Source: Candidatus Dormiibacterota bacterium
Lineage (GTDB): Bacteria; Chloroflexota; Dormibacteria; Aeolococcales; Aeolococcaceae
Length of the DNA: 64,000 nt
Direction of reading: 5' to 3'
Assembly: GCA_963823765.1 (NCBI GenBank)
Contig: CAWGML010000003.1
Coordinates: 99,329-163,328, forward strand
The notes under the pieces are model-generated. The model had not been told where the DNA came from. It was given only the letters and a program-made list of their open reading frames with translations, and did no database searches. Of this stretch, positions 29,324 to 40,726 are shown in pieces (the first letter of the stretch is position 1; each line of letters starts with the position of its first letter). Position numbers and translations under genes: made by a program.

Positions 29324-29439
29324 CGGCCTGCCCGGGCAAGCGCGGCAATCGTGGCCTGACCGCAGGCTGCAACGGACGGCAACGCCTCGTTGACGGCTCG
29401 GCCGTGTTGAACTCGCAGCCAATACACTCGGCACGAACC

Positions 29440-30543
29440 ATGACCGGTCAGTTGAGCGACTTCCTGGCTGCCCATGCCGAGCGGGTCGCCGACGTCATGC
29501 GGCGCGCCGGCGTGGAGCAGGAGAGCCGCGCGTCCGCGAGCGGTGACCGCGGTCACCGCCAGTTCATCAACGCCGTCCTGGTGGCGCTCACCGCGGACGA
29601 CCTGCGCCCCCTCACCGCGTTCTTCGACCTGGGCGGCGACAGGCCGGCCGGCATCGACCAGCGCCTCGAATCCGCGCTCTCCCGGCTTGCCGCGCTGCGC
29701 CGGGCCTCGATCGAGGTCGCCGCGGATGAGGTCTCCGGCGAGGAGCGCCTCTCCCTGTCGGAGGCCGCCGCCGAGGAGGTGAGCCAGGTCGGCCGCCACC
29801 TCGCAGCCACGGTCACATCGGTCCTGGCGGGGCGGCTCACCACGATGACGACGTCGAGCAGCGCCCGCGGCACGTCGATGAGCATCACCATGCACGAGCT
29901 GCGCAGGCCGCTCACCATCCTCAACAGCTACGGGCAGCTGCTCTCGACCGGGATGCTCGGCCAGCTCCCCGAGACGGCGATGGTGGCCATCGAGGGGATC
30001 ACGGCCAGCACCGAGATGATGGTGCGGATGGTCAACGCCATCGCGGAGGTCTCCCGTCTCGAGGACCCGGACGACCAGCTCAACTTCGAGGTCATCTCCG
30101 TCGACGAGATCGTCACAGGCGCCGTGGACCACGTCAGCATGGAGGCCAAGCTGCGTGACACGGTGATCGAGACCGACATCCAGCCGGGGGTCACCATCCG
30201 TGGCGACCGCCGGCGGCTCACCTTGGCCCTCACCAACATGGTGGGCAACGCCGTCAAGCACGGCCCGCCCGGGTCGTCGATCGCCGTGCGCGCGTTCGGC
30301 GACGACAACGGCGCTCACTTCGTGGTTCGCGACCAGGGGCAGGGCTTCCCCAACGAGGACGCCAGTCACCTCTTCGACAAGTACTTCCGGTCCGTCGCCG
30401 AGCGCCAGCGCAAGGTGCCGGGCAGCGGCCTGGGGCTGTTCATCGTGAAGACGGTGGCCGAACGGCACAATGGCGAGGTCTTCGCCCGATCCGCGGCCGG
30501 CGAGGGAGCGGAGTTCGAGATGATCATCCCGATCCACCAGTAG
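29440..30543 (+). CDS. Soluble orphan sensor histidine kinase (HisKA + HATPase)
   Basis: MHELRRPLT, NMVGNAVKH, RDQGQG, LFDKYFR and GSGLGLFIV. No TM segment and no adjacent regulator. Confidence 0.88.
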   Translation: MTGQLSDFLAAHAERVADVMRRAGVEQESRASASGDRGHRQFINAVLVALTADDLRPLTAFFDLGGDRPAGIDQRLESALSRLAALRRASIEVAADEVSGEERLSLSEAAAEEVSQVGRHLAATVTSVLAGRLTTMTTSSSARGTSMSITMHELRRPLTILNSYGQLLSTGMLGQLPETAMVAIEGITASTEMMVRMVNAIAEVSRLEDPDDQLNFEVISVDEIVTGAVDHVSMEAKLRDTVIETDIQPGVTIRGDRRRLTLALTNMVGNAVKHGPPGSSIAVRAFGDDNGAHFVVRDQGQGFPNEDASHLFDKYFRSVAERQRKVPGSGLGLFIVKTVAERHNGEVFARSAAGEGAEFEMIIPIHQ

Positions 30544-30586
30544 AACGGGCGGCGAGCCGCGCTGCGCTCCCGCCGGAGCGCGATCC

Positions 30587-32004
<1,418 letters not shown>

Positions 32005-32008
<4 letters not shown>

Positions 32009-32020
32009 CGTACACGTCAA
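32005..32020. promoter_or_regulatory. Palindromic putative operator TTGACGT-AC-ACGTCAA
   Basis: Perfect 7-bp inverted repeat ending 1 nt before the -10 TACACT (32022-27) of the downstream dehydrogenase gene. Confidence 0.5.
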
Positions 32021-32034
32021 TTACACTCCCGGCG

Positions 32035-32904
32035 ATGGAGGGAGGAGCGGCGGCCGGTCCGCTGTGCGTCGTGGGCGCGGGTGCCATGGGCGGCCAGATC
32101 GCTCACCAGGCCGCCCTGCACGGCGTCGAGGTGCGCCTCTTCAGCCGCAGCCGAGAGCGCCTCGACCAGGCCCAGCGGCAGTGCTCCGGACTGCTGCGCA
32201 AACGGGTCGAGAAGGGCAAGCTCGACGCCGACCACTGCGAGGCGGCGCTGCAGCGGGTCAGCACCACCAGCAGCCTCGACGAGGCCGTCACCGGGGCGGC
32301 CGTGATCATCGAGTCGGTCGCGGAGGACCGCGAGGCCAAGCGCACCGTCATGGAGGCGATCGGCCGCTGCGCCCGCCCCGAGGCGATCATCGGCACCAAC
32401 AGCTCGACGTTGCCGAGCTCGATGTTCGCGGACGTTGTGCCCAACGGCGAGCGCCTGCTCAACATCCACTTCATGAACCCCGCGCTGGTGATGCCGCTCG
32501 TCGAGGTCGTTCGTGGCGCGCACACCAGCGACGGGACGGTGCGGGCCACGATGGACTTCGTGCGCGCCATCGGCAAGGCACCGGTGCTCGTCGAGCGCGA
32601 GACGTTCGGGTTCGTCGCCAACCGCATCCTCTTCATCGCCATGCAGGAGGCCTTCCGGCTCGTCGAGGACGGCTTCGTGTCGGCCGAGGACTGCGACCAG
32701 GCGGTCCGCGACGGCCTGGGCTGGCCGATGGGGCCGTTCGCCCTCGCCGACCTCGTCGGGCTGGACGTCGTCGAGGCGATCCTGTCGGAGGGCCACCGTC
32801 AAACCGGCGAGGAACGCTGGGCTCCCCCGGCTCTGCTTCGCGAGCGCGTGGCCCGCGGCGAGCTCGGCCGCAAGAGCGGCCGGGGGTTCACGCTGGGGAA
32901 CTGA
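32035..32904 (+). CDS. 3-hydroxyacyl-CoA (3-hydroxybutyryl-CoA) dehydrogenase family
   Basis: VVGAGAMGGQIA, ESVAE, GTNSS, IHFMNP..MPLVEVV, GFVANR and PMGPFALADLVGLD. Confidence 0.92.
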   Translation: MEGGAAAGPLCVVGAGAMGGQIAHQAALHGVEVRLFSRSRERLDQAQRQCSGLLRKRVEKGKLDADHCEAALQRVSTTSSLDEAVTGAAVIIESVAEDREAKRTVMEAIGRCARPEAIIGTNSSTLPSSMFADVVPNGERLLNIHFMNPALVMPLVEVVRGAHTSDGTVRATMDFVRAIGKAPVLVERETFGFVANRILFIAMQEAFRLVEDGFVSAEDCDQAVRDGLGWPMGPFALADLVGLDVVEAILSEGHRQTGEERWAPPALLRERVARGELGRKSGRGFTLGN

Positions 32905-33778
32905 TCGCCAGGCTGAAGTGCTCGAGTACGTCGGCGACGCCCGCCTCCGCCGGCCCTGCGCAGGTCGCATCGGCCGCGGCGAGCACCTCGGGGCGGGCGG
33001 CGCGCACGGCCACCCCGATCCCGGCGGCAGCCAGCATCTCGATGTCATTGGGTGCGTCGCCGACGGCGACCGCGTCACGCAGGGCCACTCCCACCCTCGC
33101 GCAGACCAGCTCGATCGCCAGGGCCTTGTTGACACGGGGGCTGACCACCTCGACGAAGGCATCCGTCGAGCGGGTGACCCGGGCACGCCCGCCCAGCCCG
33201 TCGCTCATCGCCCGCACGCACGCTTCCACGACCGCCGGGTCGTCGCTGACGCAGACCACCTTGGTGCTGCCGTTGTGGACAACATCGGCAAGATCATCGA
33301 CGAAGTGGATGGGAACGCCGGCGATGGCCGCGTACAGGTGGGCTTCCGGCCGGTCCTGCTCGCAGTAGAGCTGGTCGCCGGCGTAGGCCTGCCGATGCCA
33401 GCCGTGCGCGCGGGCGATGTCGATCGCCGCCATGGCAACGCTCGGCTCGAGCCCTTCCTCGAAGATGACCGCGCCCGCGGCCTCGCCACGCGGCAGCTCG
33501 CGCACCAGCGCACCCTGGTAGCACACCAGCGGCTGGCTCACGCCGAGCTCGAGGGCCCAGGGCAGCGCAGAGGCGTACATCCGCCCGCTGGCGAGGATGA
33601 CAGGAAAGTGAGCGGCGGCATGGCGAACGGCCTCCCTTGTGCGTGGGTGCAGGGCCAGGTCGCCGTCGATGAGGGTGCCGTCGATGTCGAGCACGACGGC
33701 GCGCGGCGTGAAGGCGGCCGGCAGGTCGCGGATCGGCGGTGGGGATGCGCGGCGACCGATGCCGCCTGTGGCGCTCAC
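32888..33778 (-). CDS. Cof-type HAD-IIB hydrolase
   Basis: LDIDGTL, ASGR, VNKALA and VGDAPNDIEML. GTGA overlap with the upstream gene. Confidence 0.9.
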   Translation of the reverse strand: MSATGGIGRRASPPPIRDLPAAFTPRAVVLDIDGTLIDGDLALHPRTREAVRHAAAHFPVILASGRMYASALPWALELGVSQPLVCYQGALVRELPRGEAAGAVIFEEGLEPSVAMAAIDIARAHGWHRQAYAGDQLYCEQDRPEAHLYAAIAGVPIHFVDDLADVVHNGSTKVVCVSDDPAVVEACVRAMSDGLGGRARVTRSTDAFVEVVSPRVNKALAIELVCARVGVALRDAVAVGDAPNDIEMLAAAGIGVAVRAARPEVLAAADATCAGPAEAGVADVLEHFSLAISSPA

Positions 33779-34773
33779 GCGGCGGGAGGCGGCGCGCCGG
33801 CGTCCCAGGCGTCCGGGTTGACGCAGTTGCTCGGGAGCCGCCCGTCGAGGGCGTCGAGCGCGTTCTGCGCGGTGAGCCGCGCCATGGCGGCGCGGGTGGC
33901 GACGGTGGCGCTGCCGAGGTGCGGCGACAGGACGGCGTTGCGGCAGTCGACCAGGCCTGGCGCCAGACGAGGCTCGTTCTCGTACACGTCGAGACCGGCG
34001 CCGGCGATCCACCCCTCGCGCAGCGCGCGCACCAACGCGACCTCGTCGACGACGGGCCCGCGCGAGGTGTTGATGAGGATGGCGCCGTCGCGCATGGAGC
34101 GCAGCGCGCGCTCGTCGATGAGGTGGTGCGTCGTCTCCGTCAGCGGGACGTGCAGCGAGATGACGTCGGCGGTGGTGAGCAGCTCGGCCAACGCCAGCTC
34201 CGTGACGCGGTCGCGGATGTCCGCGTCGACAGTCACCTCGACATCGGTGGAGTACGCGACACGCATGCCGAAGCCGAGCGCGCGGCGCGCCACCGCCTGG
34301 CCGATGCGCCCGAAGCCGACGACCCCGAGAAGGGCTCCGGTGAGCTCCATCCCGAGCATGTAGTCGGGCTCCCAGCCGGCGAAATCACCCGAGCGGACGG
34401 CGGCGTCGCCCTCGCAGGTCCGGCGCGCCGCCGCGAGCAGGAGCGCCATCGCGCAGTCCGCCGTGGCGTCGGTGAGCACCCCGGGGGTGTTGCCGACCAC
34501 GATGTGCCGCTCCGTGGCAGCCGCCACGTCGACGTTGTTGTAACCGACTGCGTAGAGGCTGACGCAGCGCAGCCGGGGAAGGCCGGCGTCGAGCACCTCG
34601 ACCGTGATCGGGTCTCTCAGCTGGGGGCAGAGCACGTCGACGGGCTGTGCACGCAGCCGCTCGGTCAGCTCGGCGGTGGGCGCGATGCGGCCCAGAATGG
34701 TGAGCGACGCGCGCGGGCGCACCATCTGCTCGAACGGCGCCGGCAGGGCGAGCGTGCAGAGGATGTCAGCCAT
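33775..34773 (-). CDS. D-isomer 2-hydroxyacid dehydrogenase (glyoxylate/D-glycerate reductase-like)
   Basis: AVGYNNVD, NTPGVLTDATAD, GFGRIG, INTSRGPVVDE, GLDVYENEP and PHLGSAT. Confidence 0.92.
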   Translation of the reverse strand: MADILCTLALPAPFEQMVRPRASLTILGRIAPTAELTERLRAQPVDVLCPQLRDPITVEVLDAGLPRLRCVSLYAVGYNNVDVAAATERHIVVGNTPGVLTDATADCAMALLLAAARRTCEGDAAVRSGDFAGWEPDYMLGMELTGALLGVVGFGRIGQAVARRALGFGMRVAYSTDVEVTVDADIRDRVTELALAELLTTADVISLHVPLTETTHHLIDERALRSMRDGAILINTSRGPVVDEVALVRALREGWIAGAGLDVYENEPRLAPGLVDCRNAVLSPHLGSATVATRAAMARLTAQNALDALDGRLPSNCVNPDAWDAGAPPPAA

Positions 34774-34842
34774 CGCGCCCGATCTTAGGTGGCGTGCCGC
34801 CGGGCCGTCGTCGACGAGATCTCGGGTACAATCAACAACGTC

Positions 34843-36090
34843 TTGCGCTCATCCTTTCGCACGCGGTCGCACAGGCCGCCGGTCGCGAGGCCCCGTCCCG
34901 CCGGGTTCGGCGTCGACGAAGAGGCCGCGACAGAACCGCTGCAACAGCCCGCTCCGTTCGACAGGCTGGGGCTCAGCGCTGCCATGCTGACCACCGTCGG
35001 TGAGATGGGCTTCACCATGGCCACTCCGATACAGGCGGGCGCGATCCCACCCGCCATGCGCGGCCAGGACGTCATCGGCCAGGCGCACACGGGCAGCGGC
35101 AAGACGGCGGCGTTCGGCATCCCGATCATCGAGCGGTTGGACCCGGGCAAGGGCTCGGTGCAGGCGCTGATCCTCTGCCCGACGCGCGAGCTCGCGGTGC
35201 AGGTGCACGAGGAGATCACCGTCCTCGCCGCGCGGCACGGCATCTCCTCGGTGGCCATCTACGGCGGCGACTCGATGACGCGACAGGTCGACGCGCTGCG
35301 TGCCGGAGCCCACGTCGTGGTGGCCACCCCCGGCCGGCTCGCCGACCACATCCAGCGCGGCTCGCTCAGCCTGCAACGGGTTCGGTTCGCCGTCCTCGAC
35401 GAGGCCGACCGGATGCTCGACATGGGGTTCGCCCCCGACGTCGAGAAGATCCTGCGGCAGTGCCCCACCGACCGTCAGACCATGCTGTTCAGCGCCACCA
35501 TGCCGGAGTGGGTGAGGCGGCTGGCGTTGCGCCACATGCGTGACCCGGTCACGGTGGCGATCAGCATCCGGCCGGAGATCACCGCCGGGGTCCGCCAACT
35601 CTATGTGCAGACGACGTGGGCCGACAAGGTGGACGTGATGATGCGCATCCTCGACCAACCCGACGTGGTCATGTCGCTCATCTTCGTGGAGACCAAGCGC
35701 ACCGCCGACCTCCTGCAGGCGCAGCTCGAGCGTCGCGGCCAGAGCGTCGGGGTGCTGCACGGTGACCTAACCCAGAAGGAGCGCAACGCCGCCATGGCCG
35801 CGTTCGTCGCCACCCACGTGAAGCACCTCATCGCCACCAACGTGGCCGCCCGCGGGCTCGACATCGACGACATCTCGCACGTCATCAACTACGACGTGCC
35901 CACCACCCCTGACGAGTACCTCCACCGGGTGGGACGCACGGCACGGGCGGGCCGCACCGGCGTGGCCATCACCCTGATCACGCCGAGCGAGATCCTCAAG
36001 CTGCGCGACGTGGAGAGGCACGCGCGCACCACCATCGAGGCAGCCAGCCTCGAGGACTTCCCGGTCCAGGCCGCGCCCGCGGCGAGCTGA
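34843..36090 (+). CDS. DEAD-box RNA helicase
   Basis: Q motif TPIQ, GSGKT, PTRELA, TPGRL, DEAD, SAT and HRVGRTARAG. Start set at TTG 34843, 10 nt after TACAAT (uncertain). Confidence 0.93.
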   Translation: MRSSFRTRSHRPPVARPRPAGFGVDEEAATEPLQQPAPFDRLGLSAAMLTTVGEMGFTMATPIQAGAIPPAMRGQDVIGQAHTGSGKTAAFGIPIIERLDPGKGSVQALILCPTRELAVQVHEEITVLAARHGISSVAIYGGDSMTRQVDALRAGAHVVVATPGRLADHIQRGSLSLQRVRFAVLDEADRMLDMGFAPDVEKILRQCPTDRQTMLFSATMPEWVRRLALRHMRDPVTVAISIRPEITAGVRQLYVQTTWADKVDVMMRILDQPDVVMSLIFVETKRTADLLQAQLERRGQSVGVLHGDLTQKERNAAMAAFVATHVKHLIATNVAARGLDIDDISHVINYDVPTTPDEYLHRVGRTARAGRTGVAITLITPSEILKLRDVERHARTTIEAASLEDFPVQAAPAAS

Positions 36091-36125
36091 CCCAGCGCCC
36101 CACCCGCTCGGCTAGGGTCAGCGCG

Positions 36126-36905
36126 ATGAGCGGGCTGGCCATCCACGACACCGGCGAGGGACCCGTCCTTCTGTTGCTGCACGCATTCCCTCTCGACGCC
36201 TCGATGTGGGATGGCCAGGTGGCCGCGCTGAGCGGGCGATACCGCTGCCTGCGGCCGGATTTCTGGGGGTGCGGCGCGTCGCCGTCGCCACCGGTGGGGA
36301 CGACGATCGACGGTCATGCGGCGGACGTGCTGCGCGCGCTCGACGAGCGCGGCGTCACCGAGTTCGCTGTGTGCGGCGCATCGATGGGCGGATACCTGGC
36401 GTTCGCGCTGCTCCGCGCGGCCAGCGAGCGGGTGCGCGCCGTGGTCCTGTCCGGCACTCGCGCGGCGGCCGACGACGAGGCGGGACTGGCGGCGCGCCGC
36501 AGGATGGTCGAGGACATCCGCGCCGGCGGGGTCGAGGCGATCATCGAGGTGATGACCGAGCGGATGCTGTGCGCGCGCTGTCGTGCCGAGGTGCACATCG
36601 CGGACCCCGTGCGCGGCCGCATGCGTCGCTGCAGCGCCGAGGGGGTCGTCGCCGCCATCGAGGCGGTCGCCGGCCGACCGGACAGCACCCCCATGCTGCG
36701 CGACATCCGCGTGCCCGCCCTGGTGGTGTGCGGGACCTCCGACGTGATCGTCCCGATCGACGAGGCTCGCGCGATGGCCGGTGCCATCCCGGGCGCGCAG
36801 TTGCATGAGTTCGAGGGCGCCGCTCATCTGCCCAACCTCGAGCAGCCCGCCGCCTTCAGCGCGCTGCTCGGCAACTTCCTCGATGCCGCCACAGCGAGGG
36901 CCTGA
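36126..36905 (+). CDS. Alpha/beta-fold hydrolase (enol-lactonase-like)
   Basis: LLLHAFP, nucleophile elbow GASMGG, GTSD and AAHLPNLE. Confidence 0.88.
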   Translation: MSGLAIHDTGEGPVLLLLHAFPLDASMWDGQVAALSGRYRCLRPDFWGCGASPSPPVGTTIDGHAADVLRALDERGVTEFAVCGASMGGYLAFALLRAASERVRAVVLSGTRAAADDEAGLAARRRMVEDIRAGGVEAIIEVMTERMLCARCRAEVHIADPVRGRMRRCSAEGVVAAIEAVAGRPDSTPMLRDIRVPALVVCGTSDVIVPIDEARAMAGAIPGAQLHEFEGAAHLPNLEQPAAFSALLGNFLDAATARA

Positions 36906-36933
36906 CCCGCCCACGCGCGCCACCCCGGACCCC

Positions 36934-38223
36934 GTGGTGGAGGCCCGGACGACCTCGCGCGTCCGCGGGGCGCTGCGCACCGTCGCTGTCGATGTCTCGC
37001 CGCTCCGCGACTTCCGCGACTTCCGGCTGCTGTTCATCGGCCAGGGGGTCTCGTTCGCCGGCAGCATGATCACGTACGTCGCCGTCCCTTTCCAGGCCTA
37101 CTCGCTCAGCCACTCGTCGCTGGTGGTGGGACTGGTCAGCCTCAGCGAGCTGGTCCCGATCCTGGTGGTGTCGTTCGTCGGGGGTGCCCTCGCCGACGCC
37201 ATCGACCGCCGCCGCATGGTGCGTCTCACCGAGGCGGCGCAGTGCGCCATCAGCGCTCTCCTCCTCATCAACGCCGCGCTGCCGCACCCGCAGCTGTGGA
37301 TGCTCTTCCTCGCGGTCGCCGCGGCGGCGGCGACGGATTCCCTGCAGCGGCCGTCCCTCGACGCGCTGGTGCCGAGGATCGTCCCCTCCGACCGGCTGAC
37401 CGCCGCATCCGCGCTCGAGGGCCTGCGGGGCAACCTCGGGCACGTGGTCGGGCCCCCGGTCGCCGGCCTGCTCATCGCGACCGCCGGCCTGCCCGCGACC
37501 TTCGGCGTCGACGTGGCCACCTTCGCCGTCTCGCTGACCGCGCTCAGCTTCATGAACGCTGTTCCGCCGCCGGCGGACGCGGCCGGCGTGAGCCTCGCGG
37601 GCATGCTGGCGGGGCTGCGCTACGCAGCGCGGCGCAAGGATCTGCTCGGCTCCTACCTCATCGACATGAACGCCATGTTCTTCGGCATGCCCATGGCACT
37701 CTTCCCGCAGATCGCCAGCGGCTTCGGCGGCCCGGCGGTGCTGGGCGTGCTCTACACGGGGCCGGCGGTCGGCTCGCTCCTGGCCAGCCTGGCGAGCGGC
37801 TGGACCCGGCTGGTCAGGCACCACGGGCGCGCGATCGCGTGCGCGGCGGCCGCCTGGGGTGTCGCCATCATCGGCTTCGGGTTCGCGCCGACGCTGTGGC
37901 TCGCGTTCATCACGCTGGTCGCCGCCGGGGCGGCCGACATGATCAGCGGCATCTTCCGCGGCACCATGTGGAACCAGACCATCCCCAACTCGATGCGCGG
38001 CCGGCTCGCGGGCATCGAGATGATCAGCTACACGTCCGGACCGGCCCTGGGGAACCTCGAGTCCGGCGTGGTCGGCTCCCTCGCCGGTGTGCGCGCATCG
38101 GTCGTCAGCGGCGGAGTGCTCTGCGTGGCGGGGACCCTGGCGCTGTGCGCGGTGCTGCCCACCTTCTGGAGCTACCGCCGGGACGCGTCGTCAGAAGAGG
38201 TGGTTGAGCCAGGGGCGGGGTGA
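36934..38223 (+). CDS. MFS transporter (EntS/DHA3-like)
   Basis: RDFRLLFIGQ, GGALADAIDRRR, NAMFFGMP and RGRLAG; about 12 TM segments. Start uncertain. Confidence 0.88.
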   Translation: MVEARTTSRVRGALRTVAVDVSPLRDFRDFRLLFIGQGVSFAGSMITYVAVPFQAYSLSHSSLVVGLVSLSELVPILVVSFVGGALADAIDRRRMVRLTEAAQCAISALLLINAALPHPQLWMLFLAVAAAAATDSLQRPSLDALVPRIVPSDRLTAASALEGLRGNLGHVVGPPVAGLLIATAGLPATFGVDVATFAVSLTALSFMNAVPPPADAAGVSLAGMLAGLRYAARRKDLLGSYLIDMNAMFFGMPMALFPQIASGFGGPAVLGVLYTGPAVGSLLASLASGWTRLVRHHGRAIACAAAAWGVAIIGFGFAPTLWLAFITLVAAGAADMISGIFRGTMWNQTIPNSMRGRLAGIEMISYTSGPALGNLESGVVGSLAGVRASVVSGGVLCVAGTLALCAVLPTFWSYRRDASSEEVVEPGAG

Positions 38224-39408
38224 CCAGCTGAACATCGCGCTGGCGCGGCGAACCGCGCCCTGCCGGCGCTCCTCGACGACACCCGCTCGATGCAGCGCCG
38301 CGACGCTGACGTCGCCGAGCAGGATCGAGCCGAGCGCGGCGGCGTCGAGCACGATGTCCGGCGTTGCATCCGTCCTCGCCGCGGTGGCTGTTTCGAGGCC
38401 GCCCTCGAGACGGTAGCGGCCGGCAACATCCGGGCAGGCGTCGTCACGCACGTCGATGACCAGGGCGCCCTCACGCGAGTAGCGGCGCGCCTCCAGCAGC
38501 GCCACCACGTCGACGATGCGCAGGTGGAGGTCGTCGCGCATGCTCACACGCAGCCGCCGCGGGTCCGCGAGCAGGTGCTGGATGGGGTCGTCCGGCCAGA
38601 ACCTCCACATCTCGACGTGCTCGACGAGGTCCATCTCGAGCACGTGTCGCCACAGGGCCAGGTGCGCGTCGAGGTTCAGCGCGGTCAGCTCGTTGACATG
38701 GACCAGCCCGTCGGACAGGCCCTCCTGCCAGCGCAGCTCCAGCCGGTAATTGACAAAGCCGTCGACAACGCCGGCGCCGTCCTCGTGGACGACCACCGCC
38801 ATCGGGGCGATCTGCCCCTCCGCCTTCCCGGTGCGAGCGATCATGACCTGCAGGTGGCGCTCGCTGCGCAGGATCCCCCCGGTGCGGTCCGCCTGGCGGC
38901 TCTCCACGTCGCGCCACACCGGGATGGCGTCCTGGAGTGGATGGAAGCGGACCCTTCCAGCGTCGTGGAATGGGACCCGCAGCGCCGCGTGTGCCGTGTC
39001 GATCTCAGCCTTCCCGATGTGGCTGGCGACGCCGTACCCGAAGCGGCGGTAGATGGAGCTCTCCGACGCACCCAGGCCGAGCACGGGGACGCCGCGCTCG
39101 CGAGCACCGGTGAGCAGCCGGTCCATCATCGCCCGCAGGGCACCGCGCCGCCGTGCCGTCGCCGACACAGCCACCCAGGTGACACCGTCCATGGCCACGC
39201 GTTCGCCGCCTGGCAGGGTCAGCGGGAAGTCGATGACCGCCGCCGCACCGACATCCTCGCCGTCGAGCCGCGCCATGATGGCGCGGTCGAGGACATTGTG
39301 GACGTGTTCCATGCCGGGCTCCGGCGCCTCACCCCAGAAGCCGTGCGCGGCGCGCACGAAGCGCTCCATCTCGCGCTGCGGGACGTCGACGATCTGCACG
39401 GCGGTCAT
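38191..39408 (-). CDS. Eis-like GNAT acetyltransferase
   Basis: VAVSATARRRGAL, ASESSIYRRFGYG, LRIVDVVALLEARRY and a C-terminal SCP2-like region. Confidence 0.88.
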   Translation of the reverse strand: MTAVQIVDVPQREMERFVRAAHGFWGEAPEPGMEHVHNVLDRAIMARLDGEDVGAAAVIDFPLTLPGGERVAMDGVTWVAVSATARRRGALRAMMDRLLTGARERGVPVLGLGASESSIYRRFGYGVASHIGKAEIDTAHAALRVPFHDAGRVRFHPLQDAIPVWRDVESRQADRTGGILRSERHLQVMIARTGKAEGQIAPMAVVVHEDGAGVVDGFVNYRLELRWQEGLSDGLVHVNELTALNLDAHLALWRHVLEMDLVEHVEMWRFWPDDPIQHLLADPRRLRVSMRDDLHLRIVDVVALLEARRYSREGALVIDVRDDACPDVAGRYRLEGGLETATAARTDATPDIVLDAAALGSILLGDVSVAALHRAGVVEERRQGAVRRASAMFSWSPRPWLNHLF

Positions 39409-39449
39409 GACCGCCGGATCATAGGGCCGAGCGCTGACCGGCTCGGCGC

Positions 39450-40637
39450 TCAGACGCCCGCGCCGACCGCCTCGGTGGCGACGCCGGACGGCACCATGCA
39501 GAACCCCTCGTAGTCGATCGGCTCGGTGATCGTCGGGTTCTCACCGCACACCGGGCAGGTGGGGTCGCGCGGGATGCGGAACTCGCGAAAGCGCATGTCG
39601 AGCGCGTCGATGTGCAACAGGCGACCGGCCAGCGGCTCACCGATGCCCACGATGAGCTTGACCACCTCTGCGGCCTGGAGCGTGCCGACGATGCCGGGCA
39701 GCACGCCGAGGACACCGGCCTCGGCGCACGACGGGGCCTCCTCCGGTGGCGGCGGCGCCGGGTAGCGGCAGCGGTAGCACGGCGAGGCGAACGGCAGCAC
39801 TGTCGTGACCTGGCCCTCAAACCGGAAGATGCCGCCGTCGACGAGCGGCTTGCGCGCGAACAGCGCGACGTCGTTGGCGAGGTAGCGGGTGGGGAAGTTG
39901 TCGCAGCCGTTGACGATGATGTCGTACTGGTCGAACAGCGCCCGGGCGTTCTCGCCGCTGAGCATCTCGTTGTGCTGCACGACGCGCACGTCGCTGTTGA
40001 GCGCCTCGATGGCGATGCGCGCCAACTCGGTCTTGCGCATGCCCACGCGGTCGCGCGTGTGGATGACCTGGCGCTGCAGGTTGGAGTCGTCGACGACGTC
40101 GAAGTCGACCAGCCCGATGGTGCCGACCCCGGCGGCAGCGAGGTAGAGGGCGACAGGGCTGCCGAGGCCTCCCGCGCCGATGAGCAGCACCTTGGCGTCG
40201 AGCAGCTTTGCCTGGCCCTCCTCGCCCACCTCGGGGATGAGCAGGTGCCGGTTGTAGCGGCGCTTCTGGTCGGCGGTCAGCACGTGCGGGGTGTCGAAGT
40301 CGAAGCCCGCCTGCTTCCAGCCGTTGAAGCCACCGCTCATCGAGCGCACATCGGTGTAGCCGAGCTCCCGCAGCGCCCGGGCGGCGAGCAGCGACCGCAC
40401 CCCCCCTGCGCAGTACAGGGTGATGGGCCGGTCCTTGGCGGGGACTCGGTCCTCGATGTGGAGCTCGATGAACCCCTTGCTGAGGTGCAGCGCGCCGGGG
40501 ATGAAGCCGGCCTCGTACTCGTCGCGTTCACGGACGTCGATCAGCGTGCGCGAGCTCCGCTCCTTGGCGACCTGCTGCGGGGTCACCTCGGGGATGACCC
40601 GCCGGGCGTCGTCGAGAAGGTCGCGAGAGTTGGGCAC
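39450..40637 (-). CDS. moeB: Molybdopterin-synthase adenylyltransferase MoeB/MoeZ-like with N-terminal rhodanese
   Basis: Rhodanese YCAGGVRS; ThiF motifs RYNRHL, GAGGLGS, SNLQRQ, DNFPTRY, CYRC and CPVC. Confidence 0.9.
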   Translation of the reverse strand: MPNSRDLLDDARRVIPEVTPQQVAKERSSRTLIDVRERDEYEAGFIPGALHLSKGFIELHIEDRVPAKDRPITLYCAGGVRSLLAARALRELGYTDVRSMSGGFNGWKQAGFDFDTPHVLTADQKRRYNRHLLIPEVGEEGQAKLLDAKVLLIGAGGLGSPVALYLAAAGVGTIGLVDFDVVDDSNLQRQVIHTRDRVGMRKTELARIAIEALNSDVRVVQHNEMLSGENARALFDQYDIIVNGCDNFPTRYLANDVALFARKPLVDGGIFRFEGQVTTVLPFASPCYRCRYPAPPPPEEAPSCAEAGVLGVLPGIVGTLQAAEVVKLIVGIGEPLAGRLLHIDALDMRFREFRIPRDPTCPVCGENPTITEPIDYEGFCMVPSGVATEAVGAGV

Positions 40638-40726
40638 GAGCGGATGGTACCCAATACCCGACCAATTCAGTCGTGATTCGCCGCCGCCACTGCCCGGTGC
40701 GAGCCTCCGGCCTAGACTGCGGCCAC

